DNA from: Octopus sinensis
Lineage: Eukaryota
Assembly: GCF_006345805.1 (NCBI RefSeq)
Contig: NW_021827275.1
Coordinates: forward strand, 1 to 10,794
Length of the DNA stretch: 10,794 bases
Reading direction: 5' to 3'
How positions within the stretch are numbered: the stretch's first letter is position 1; each line of letters begins with the position of its first letter. Both the position numbers and the translations under genes were made by a program. This document shows positions 1-7,522 of the stretch, in pieces. A model generated the notes under the pieces. The model was given only the letters and a program-made list of their open reading frames with translations. It did no database searches and was not told the origin of the DNA.

Positions 1-333
1 ATAGGTGCCCTGGGAATGATAGCGAAAGGGATGATTGCTACCTAACTCAGATACCAGGAAACCCAAAATGGCAGAAATTCAAAAGATAGTGCTCGTGGGA
101 ACTGCTCATATCCTACGCAAAATACTCTCTATGTGATCCCAAGGTTTAAAACAACATTTTTTTTAAAATTTATGTATTAGACATTCACTAGTACAACACC
201 AAACCCCCCTCCCCCCAATATATGGCGCACTAGGCATAACAACAACGTGAACTTCCAGCCTGTTGTCTGGTGAGGTCTCTGGGTGAGACTTGGAGCCAAG
301 TTGTACAGACATAAAGCAAAAGTCAAACATAGA

Positions 334-336
<3 letters not shown>
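1..336 (+). mobile_element. 3' end (ORF C-terminus and 3' UTR) of an R4/Dong-like non-LTR retrotransposon, cut by the window start
   Basis: Manual translation across two -1 frameshifts (frame 1 at 1-30, frame 3 at 33-65, frame 2 at 68-136) gives IGALGMIAKG/DCYLTQIPGNP/MAEIQKIVLVGTAHILRKILSM*. This matches from memory the 'GALG...QK..L.GTAHILRK.L' C-terminus of restriction-like-endonuclease LINEs of the R4/Dong group. The stop is at 134-136, followed by a ~200-bp 3' UTR running directly into (TAA)n. Confidence 0.75.

Positions 337-420
<84 letters not shown>
337..420. repeat. (TAA)28 perfect microsatellite
   Basis: Uninterrupted TAA units over 84 bp, abutting the LINE 3' end. Confidence 0.98.
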
Positions 421-421
<1 letters not shown>

Positions 422-484
422 TAGCAGTAGTAGTACAGCTGACACTGTAGTACATCTCCAGCGTTAGAAGCTGTGGGGAAAGGA

Positions 485-557
485 AAGAAGAAGAAGAAGA
501 AGAGAAGAAGAAGAAGAAGAAGAAGAAGAAGAAAAGAAGAAGAAGAAGAAGAAGAAG

Positions 558-589
<32 letters not shown>

Positions 590-675
590 GAAGAAGAACA
601 AGAAGAACAAGAAGAACAAGAAGAAGAAGAAGAAGAACAACAACAACAACAACAACAACAGCAACAACAACAACA
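485..675. repeat. Compound (AAG)n/(AAC)n microsatellite
   Basis: AAG run, AAC run, mixed AAGAAGAAC units, AAG run, then AAC run. It accounts for the poly-K/R/E/Q and poly-L/F/S ORFs. Confidence 0.97.
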
Positions 676-740
676 TCGAAAATACCAAAATACATTAGGA
701 ATGAGAATTTACCCAAGACACTTGATGAAGGCTGGAGGGA

Positions 741-889
741 ATTTTTTACTTTATAAACTACATGTCCGAACAATATTTACATTTGATGGATATTTGTCGT
801 CATCTTGTTTGTTAACAACAAACAAGATGAGGACAAATATCCGTCAAATGTAAATATCGTTCGGACATGTAGTTTATAAAGTAAAAAAT
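741..889. repeat. 149-bp near-perfect inverted repeat (73-bp arms, 3-nt loop)
   Basis: 741-813 is the reverse complement of 817-889 with 3 mismatches (772/858, 787/843, 799/831). The loop is AAC at 814-816. Confidence 0.95.
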
Positions 890-1152
890 ATAGAAACTGC
901 ATTCCACATAAATGCCAGTAAAATGATCCTCGTATAAAACACTTCTTGATTTATGCCTCCTGCTCTAGTGCTTGACAAAATATTAGGGGTTCTAGGAAAG
1001 CCAGAAATTAGTGTCTTTATGGATTTTAGAATACTGTCAGATAGGACAATAGGCAATCAACCCAGGAGAAATGAATAGCTAAGTTTGCCTCGGTCGAATG
1101 CGAACTTAAAATGTAAAGAAGCAGAAGAAATAAAAACGCAAGACAACTTTTT

Positions 1153-1270
1153 CGGCGGCAGCAGCGGAGGTGGTGGCGGCGGTGGAGGTGGTGGTGGCCT
1201 CGATGATGGTGGCGGATGCTGCTACTGCTGCTGCTGCCGCTGCTGCTGCTGAAGATGATGATAATGATGA
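1153..1270. repeat. Compound GC-rich trinucleotide repeat (GGC/GGT)n-(GCT)n-(GAT)n
   Basis: Imperfect triplet runs read directly. There are no splice signals or sustained non-repetitive ORF around it. Confidence 0.9.
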
Positions 1271-1365
1271 CAGCTATATTTTCTTCATTATGCACACAAC
1301 CATTAAAAAAGTGGCATTAAGACGAACTTAATATAAAACAATAAAAATGACTACATATCAGCATG

Positions 1366-1467
<102 letters not shown>

Positions 1468-1532
1468 GCATATATACTCGCATACAATATGATGACTACA
1501 TTACACCTTTGCATACATATCAAAATCCTTTA

Positions 1533-1565
1533 TAATAATAATAATATAATAATAATAATAATAAC

Positions 1566-1599
<34 letters not shown>

Positions 1600-1640
1600 T
1601 AATAATCATAATAATAATATTAATAACAACAACAACAACT
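1533..1640. repeat. (TAA)n grading into (CAA)n
   Basis: Imperfect TAA run to ~1626, then CAA units. Confidence 0.95.
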
Positions 1641-1691
1641 GCAACTATAACAACCCTAACAACAAATATTTTTGATGGAATTACATTACTA

Positions 1692-1930
1692 GATTGCAGC
1701 CTAAGCGAACTGGAAGAAATTGGCCGTATAACTTGAAAAGCTAATCAAGAAAGAACAATATTTATAAAAACACCATAAACCTGATCTAGAAAATGTCTAT
1801 ATTATTATGAAAACAAAAGACTGGATGGTTAGAGTTTCTGAATATCGCAAGGCAATTATTAAACAACAATCAAATATATCTGTGACGCCTATTACTTTGC
1901 AAACTTGAATAAGAAAAAGCAATCGATACT
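1692..1930 (+). mobile_element. Possible ancient R4/Dong-like LINE relic (post-RT region)
   Basis: 1692-1736 translates DCSLSELEEIGRIT*, and after a frameshift KLIKKEQYL*KHHKPDLENVYI. This resembles the remembered 'DW..SELE.IDR.TRKL...HHPK.D.ERLY' motif. The TGA could be a CGA>TGA change. Weak, by-eye similarity only. Confidence 0.35.
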
Positions 1931-1972
1931 CATTGCTGAATGGGATTTTACTCAATATAGGATATCTTCTTT

Positions 1973-1997
1973 CAGTCAGTCAGACAGACAGAGATAA

Positions 1998-2085
<88 letters not shown>

Positions 2086-2120
2086 GTAGATAGACGGATG
2101 GATATATAGATAGACAGATG
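1973..2120. repeat. (GATA)n microsatellite with CAGT/CAGA lead-in and degenerate tail
   Basis: Pure (GATA)21 at 2001-2084, with imperfect units on both sides. Confidence 0.97.
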
Positions 2121-3862
2121 AAATATAAATAAGAAACAGAAAGATAAATAAATGATAAAAATTTGACGAAGCAATTATAAAAACTCCATTAAATACTAAT
2201 ATGATATTGTACAATATTTAAAAGGAAAGAAATAAAATAAAAAGAAAAAGAAAGATTAAATGAATGAATGATAGAATGGTAAATGTGTGAAATGAAATAA
2301 AAGTCTAAGTGCTAATATCGGTTTCTTTTGATTAAATGAATGGTTGTAAATTTTAGAGCGAGGTTCTACAACAGACTGAATAAAGCAATGTTTCTCGTTT
2401 CTGTTTTACTGACGTCCCTTATAAGTGAGACGTAAATTTAACCAACATTCAACGTTAGCTTTCATTAATTTCTCATGTTTCACTAGTTGTTTTTGTATTT
2501 TTGTTTTTAATTAATTAATTAATTTATTATAAATTAGAAATTTGCAATGTCCAAGCCTTTCTCAAACAAGCTTTAAAATAAAAATTTAAAACATCTTGAA
2601 AGGAGAATTAAAACTGAATTCAGGTTTCCTTCCAGTATGAACTTCAATTTTTTTCTTCAAAGACCCAATATTAAGTTAGTACTGCTTTGTTCAGATAAAT
2701 GCAAAGACATTTAGATTGAACCAATTTAATCATACAATAAATATGAATATCATCAATCCTGGTGATGAAAACCCAATCCTTTCCTAACCAGACCAGAAAT
2801 GAAAAAGCAAACGGTTAAAACTAAATAGCGCGTTGCGTTTAATTTTCTGTGCTACACGTCTGGCCAGGTCTACCTACGTATCTGCCCTTTATCAAGAACT
2901 TATATTGTGAATAGCTGTGAGCGAACCCGAATAAAGACTTATAGGAGATGAATCATTAGTGATTCCTGTTTTTTAGTGAGCTCTGAGAAATACAGAAGAA
3001 CACCGAAACCTAGGTCTGGTTTTGACATTCACTTGTTATAATCTTTATGCTTTGCTCAAGAGAGTCTATTTTCCCATTAACTTTCGTTCTCCGAAGCTGA
3101 TGCGTTTTGTAAAGATGAAGAAGACAAAGCAACACATGTGTTGTCGCTGACCGTTATTTCAATATTTGTAATTAGTCAAACTGAGATGTCAGTAGGATAT
3201 CGAGAGTGGTTGTATTGGACACTGACATTTATATGTGAGCTGTTTTTGTTGTTAATTTTCCATATGAACCGTTTCGTAAAACAAGATGAGCGAGTTTAAC
3301 GAAATCCAGATTATTTTAAAGCGAATTTCAGAATAAAGAGTGCAGTCATTGGTGAGGAGACTTAATAGTGAAGTGGTGACAAATTTATTATGAATTCGTT
3401 TTGAGTGGGTCTTTAGGTTTCGGCTGACGGCTTATTCAACCAGACGAGTTAAACTAACCATCAAGTGAAATCTGAAGTCCTAATGAAGATGAGTTTCAAA
3501 TGTGTGGCTATGTGTGTGTGAGTATGCGTGAGTGTTTGCATGTATGTATATAAGTATATAGACAAGGCTGAGTGTTTAAGAGGAAAACATCATTACGAGG
3601 CAAGAGAGAGATTACTAGATATGCCGAGTTCTAACGTGTTTATAGCTTCTTTTTTAGTTACTAAATGATAACATGGCATCGTGCTTCTTTTTTTATTCAA
3701 ATATTATATATTTGCATTTGATTTCCTGATGAAAATCCTAAATCTAGACTGACGCGTCTAAATGATTGTTACTGTTGTTTAGCCACAGGCGAGGCCTAAC
3801 CAAAAAGGCCTGTGATCAAGGACAACAAAAAACAACCGTCCACTCGTGTTGTACTACAGTAT

Positions 3863-3906
3863 CTAACTTCTTTCTGCTTTCTGCTGTTTTTTTTTAGACA
3901 GTAAGT
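3863..3906 (+). other. Candidate 3-nt microexon (ACA, 3898-3900) with flanking splice signals
   Basis: CTAAC branch-point consensus at 3863-3867, then an AG-free pyrimidine tract with TGC at 3875 and 3882 and T9 at 3887-3895. The acceptor AG is at 3896-3897 and the perfect donor GTAAGT at 3901-3906. There is no transcript evidence and no neighbouring exon is visible. Confidence 0.4.
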
Positions 3907-3919
3907 TATGATTTGAGAG

Positions 3920-4600
3920 AAACTGAGCCACGAGATAGAGTATTCTTATTAGATGATCGTTTAGTTATTGTTTACTGTCAAACGTGTGCATATAAGACTA
4001 TATTTACCTATTTACATGTCACCGTTGGCTATGACTTAAAAATGATTAGACAATTATTTCTAGCATGTCGAGCAAATGTGTTTAAGCTTCCCTCCTCACC
4101 CACTCAGCACTGATCTTCTTGTTATTGCTTATCCATACGTCGGCCATGCTGTACAGCTGTGATCAAAGATGTTTCAGGGACGACCACTTCGTCATTGTTG
4201 GAGATATACACCACTATACCATTCTGCATTTGAAAGTATGGACATTTTTTCCACTTTCTGCATTGTTTATTCTCTGCACAATATTTTGTTCTATGGTGAC
4301 GACGTGTCAAAGTTGTTAGAGAATAGAAAACAGTAACTTGCAGTATTAGTTCCGGCACTATGCACAATCTGCACAAGGATTTCGAGTTACACCGATCGCA
4401 TCTCTCTCATTCATCATTTTCTAATCGATAAATAAAGTACTAGTCCGTGACTGTGAAACGGTAACGATAGAATTGTGAATCTGTGTTTGCCCCTTGCCCT
4501 TTCCTTGGGACAATAACAGTGGCATGGAGAGGAGAAGAGACACTTGCATACAAAGGCAACTGGTGGTCTTCCATTACAGAAAGTGAAAAATCTTGTCCAT
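3920..4600 (-). mobile_element. Highly decayed Ty3/Gypsy-like pol fragment (RNase H then integrase)
   Basis: Collinear minus-strand motif ghosts in Gypsy order. RNase H side: NGRPPVAFVCKCL (cf. GRPVAF.SR.L), GKHRFTILS (cf. GRHFTI.TD) and QIVHSAGTNTA (cf. IVHRPG..N..AD). Integrase side: YFQMQNGIV...VVVPETSLITAVQHG..MDK, CSTC*K at 4074-4057 (cf. H2C2 CxxCQK) and CK*VNIVLY at 4016-3990 (cf. WKQV.IDL.G). Several stops and frameshifts are required. Confidence 0.5.
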
Positions 4601-5081
4601 GCTTTCATTCTGTTACAGATTTATGTTCTCACAAGAATAATAACAACCCTAGATGTATGAATATTTCGCTGCAGCGAACTTAGCAGAGCTAAGTCATATA
4701 AGCAGAGACATAGCGAACTTATAACAGAAAGCTGCAGTAAATACCGCGTTGTTTTCAATTGGATGCTGTAACACCTCAGCTAATTCGCTACTTTTGATTT
4801 TTCTTTTTTCTTTTTTAGAATTATTTTAACTTTTATTTTTCTCCTGAATACTCTTACTTCAATATTCTTTTGCAGAATGTTTTGCCTATATTTAGATTCT
4901 GAAAACAAATATATTTTATTTGGATTATTACTTTTTCTCGTGGCTTAGCAAGCTGTTAACCGCTCTATTGTTTCAGATTTCTGTTTTAATTTCCTTAATT
5001 ATACACCATTTAGTTTTTGTATGTGGGTGTCTTTAATGGTATTGTTGTAGTTAGTTGTGAGATTGGTGGGGCGTAATTCTA

Positions 5082-5160
5082 GTTGTTGTTGTCGCTGTTA
5101 CTGTTGTTGATGTTGATGCTGTTGTTGTTCTCATTGTTGTTATTGTAGTTGATGCTGTTG
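5082..5160. repeat. Degenerate (GTT)n/(GAT/GCT) repeat
   Basis: Imperfect GTT units read directly. Confidence 0.85.
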
Positions 5161-5897
5161 CTTAGTCTTGCGTCACACTTATTGAGCGAACGTGTAATCA
5201 AAGGACAATCGGGAGTCTTTTTTTTTGGTGGGGGGGCGGATTCACAACAGAAAGATTACATAAAGCAGCGAACTGACTAAGGCGTTTAATGGTCGGATAG
5301 CCTTACAGAATTTCTACAGCCTCATTGCAAAAATCTCACCGAGACTCATCGGACTCTATAAAATAGTACAAGTCGACTAATTGCACCAGCCCCCCCTCCC
5401 CCAGCCCCCCTCTCTCTCTCTCTAAGTGCACCTTAAAAAGACTCGTAGAATATCATTCATACAGTCCCTTTTCACGGATAAAGGAGACTGTTTTAGCGAG
5501 GTTGGGTTGGTAAGGTCTCTTAGTTAATTGCGGCTGGAACCTTCCCAACAAGGATCGCTATTATTCAGTGTGGAAATAAGAAGGAACTTAAACAAGGGCT
5601 GGGGCTATAAGGGATGTTTGATCGCCTTTTCTAAGGAGTCCGACAGGCGAAATTGAGGAGCATTTACCGACCAAACTTTACGAAAAAAGCAAAAGAAAAA
5701 GGGCTTTTATGCCATCATGATCACTCCATGTCTATAGAAGGTTTCGTGTAGGTAGGGCTACTTCATCATAAATTCCGTTCCCCTTTTTAGTTATCGTAAT
5801 GTGCATTTTGATAGAGATTTTTAGCTGCTATATGGAAAAGGTTAGGCAATCTAATAGACTCACACTCCGTCCACATTTGTTCTCTCTCCATCGCTTT

Positions 5898-5924
5898 CAC
5901 ATACACACACACACACACACACAC
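5898..5924. repeat. (CA)n microsatellite
   Basis: (AC)11 at 5903-5924 plus a CACAT lead-in. Confidence 0.95.
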
Positions 5925-6166
5925 TGTCTACCTACCGGCTAATCTATCTGTCTACATGTATGTCTGTCTATCTGTTTATTCAACTATTTGCCTGTCGGTC
6001 TGCCAATCCACCTATCTGTCTCTCTGTCTCTCTGTCTCCATGTATGTCTGCCTATATATTTATCTGTCTTTTAGCCTGCCGGCCTGCCTATTTATTTGTG
6101 TGTCTCGCTGTCTATCTGTCTACCTGTATGTCTGTCTATCTATTTATCTATCTTTTTGCCTGTCGG
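5925..6166. repeat. ~84-bp-period TCTG/TCTA-rich minisatellite, left part
   Basis: The anchor CTGTCT(A/C)C(A/C)TGTATGTCTG recurs at 5948, 6032 and 6116. TTTGCCTGTCGGTC ends at 6000 and at 6168 (168-bp spacing). Confidence 0.85.
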
Positions 6167-6184
6167 TCTATCTATCTATCTATC

Positions 6185-6279
<95 letters not shown>

Positions 6280-6281
6280 CT
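6167..6281. repeat. (TCTA)n microsatellite (~28 units, two TTTA variants)
   Basis: Read directly. It forms the 5' flank of Tx1-like copy A. Confidence 0.97.
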
Positions 6282-7072
6282 CGAGATGCGGTCAGAGCGA
6301 CGAAACCGTTCTGCACGCACTCGTGCAGTGTCCAACAATTTCCGACCTGTGGGCTTGTGTCGAACAACTGCTGTCACGTGTGGGACGAGTCGGCTTATCA
6401 GCTGAGTCTATCGTTAATATTGTCACGCCTCCCTCCTTCAAACGGGAAGGAAGAGCTATTTTCATCATCCTTGTGGCTATGGCGAAAGAATGTATCTGGT
6501 GGACACGTCTGAAAGGATTGGAGACAAACACTTTCCTCTCTGGTCAATCTCTCATCAACTTCTTCAAGTACCACTTGAAAAGGAAAGTGAGAGTAGAGAG
6601 GCAAGTTTTGTCAAGCGAATGTTTAAAAAAAGATGGGTGAATGTAGCAAGAATGGCACGTATGAATGACGAAGCCACCTTGGCAGGATCCTATTGAACCC
6701 AGAAATTAAAACAGAGAGTTGCTGTTTGCAAAAAAAAAAAAAAAGAAATATAACATGTGACCCATTGACCGAGATTACCATGGTCTTTTCCGTAGGCTTT
6801 TTTTCACGGGGTAAACCTCCACTGTCCTCCCCTTTACACTCATATTGACATTTCTGTGATAACGATCTCCCTATGATCAAATTTTTTTTTTTTCCTCTCC
6901 CCCTTTTTTTTAACCCCCCTTTGTTTGTCCTCTTTCTCTCCTTTTACGATACCTTTTGATCGAAACTCCCTTCCTTTTTTTTTTTTTTTTTTCTTTTTTT
7001 TTAAACTTCAAAAAAAAGCTCTACCTGTAATTTGTTCTATCTGTGTGCAGCCCTGTGGCTAATAAAGAAACA
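6282..7072 (+). mobile_element. Tx1-like (L1 clade) non-LTR retrotransposon, copy A, severely 5'-truncated
   Basis: It begins inside the ORF2 CCHC knuckle (RCGQSDETVLHALVQC). The frame is open to ~6625, with one -1 shift at TGTTTAAAAAAAG, then ends KKRWVNVARMARMNDEATLAGSY* (stop 6694-6696). 6282-6560 aligns at roughly 90% identity to 10517-10794 of copy B. The putative 3' UTR ends AATAAAGAAACA before (TATC)n. The 3' boundary could alternatively be the A15 at 6730-6744. Confidence 0.9.
7061..7066 (+). promoter_or_regulatory. AATAAA polyadenylation-signal-like hexamer at the 3' end of copy A
   Basis: Canonical hexamer 6 nt before the (TATC)n flank resumes. Confidence 0.5.
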
Positions 7073-7180
7073 TATCTATCTATCTATCTATCTATCTATA
7101 TATATATATATATCTATATATATATATATTATATATATATAATATATATATAGATATATATTATATATATATATATATAT
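7073..7180. repeat. (TATC)6 followed by (TA)n
   Basis: TATC units at 7073-7098, then an interrupted TA run to 7180. Confidence 0.95.
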
Positions 7181-7296
7181 CTGTCTCACTGTCTCTCTGT
7201 CTACCTGTATGTCTGTCTATCAATTTATCTACCTTTTTGCCAGTCGGTCTGCCAATCTACCTATCTGTCTCTGTCTGTCTACCTGTATGTTTGTCT
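7181..7296. repeat. Same TCTG/TCTA minisatellite, right part
   Basis: The anchor CTGTCTACCTGTATGT recurs at 7197 and 7275. 7182-7249 closely matches 6101-6168, and 7250-7272 matches 6001-6023. Confidence 0.85.
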
Positions 7297-7479
7297 CACC
7301 CATACACAACCGACCAGACCACATCAAAATATTACACATCTCCAAAGTCTGCACCACACACTCAAAGGCATTTTCCCCAGTGCGGTGGTAAATGCCAAAA
7401 ATATCTCACAAAGAAACTGTACTGGGATCTCCTCGAGGACAAACCAAAGAAGGAGAAAGCAAAAACTTTCGAGCAGTAA
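7297..7479 (+). pseudogene. C-terminal ~60 codons of presumed ORF1 (gag-like) of copy B
   Basis: Open frame HPYTTDQTT...KCQKYLTKKLYWDLLEDKPKKEKAKTFEQ* with the stop at 7477-7479, just upstream of the ORF2 ATG. Assigned by position, not by a recognised domain. Confidence 0.5.
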
Positions 7480-7522
7480 GTAACCCTCTGTTCCTTTCAC
7501 TTGTATTCTAATTCATTGGATT

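Noticed and set aside
177-853. ORFs 177-773, 464-688 and 473-853 (poly-L/F/Y and poly-K/R/E/Q)
   Set aside because: They are stop-free read-throughs of TAA, AAG and AAC microsatellites, with no domain or splice structure.
840-1035. Minus-strand KIHKDTN...PNILSS...TFD ghost resembling Penelope-like RT
   Set aside because: Similarity is too sparse and needs several frameshifts. It is worth only a translated search alongside the palindrome.
3130-3143. 14-bp perfect palindrome CAACACATGTGTTG (also TTCGCTGCAGCGAA at 4665-4678)
   Set aside because: About one 14-bp palindrome is expected by chance in 10.8 kb, so two is unremarkable.
4619-4654. Possible 36-nt exon (TTACAG acceptor, GTATGA donor)
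   Set aside because: The donor is weak, the pyrimidine tract is short, it abuts the Gypsy relic, and the peptide is unrecognisable.
4790-4880. Acceptor-like pyrimidine tracts ending in TAG (4816-4818) and CAG (~4874-4876)
   Set aside because: There is no matching strong donor or credible open frame downstream. T-rich tracts are common here.
5389-5422. C-rich tract (G-quadruplex potential on the minus strand) followed by (CT)n
   Set aside because: It has only three clear G runs and is a simple low-complexity stretch with no functional context.
5565-5613. Minus-strand PYSPSPCLSSFLFPH resembling the mariner YSPDLAPSDFFLF motif
   Set aside because: It needs gaps within the motif. No convincing HDNA motif, WVPHEL motif or terminal inverted repeats were found nearby.
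5956-6281. N-terminal halves of ORFs 5956-6405, 5960-6640 and 6096-6512
   Set aside because: These are minisatellite and (TCTA)n read-through. Only the part of the 5960 frame after 6282 is real Tx1 ORF2 sequence. A fused protein is not supported.
5925-7296. Regularly spaced repeats considered as a CRISPR-like array
   Set aside because: Inter-anchor sequences are homologous to each other rather than unique spacers, the context is eukaryotic, and there are no cas genes.
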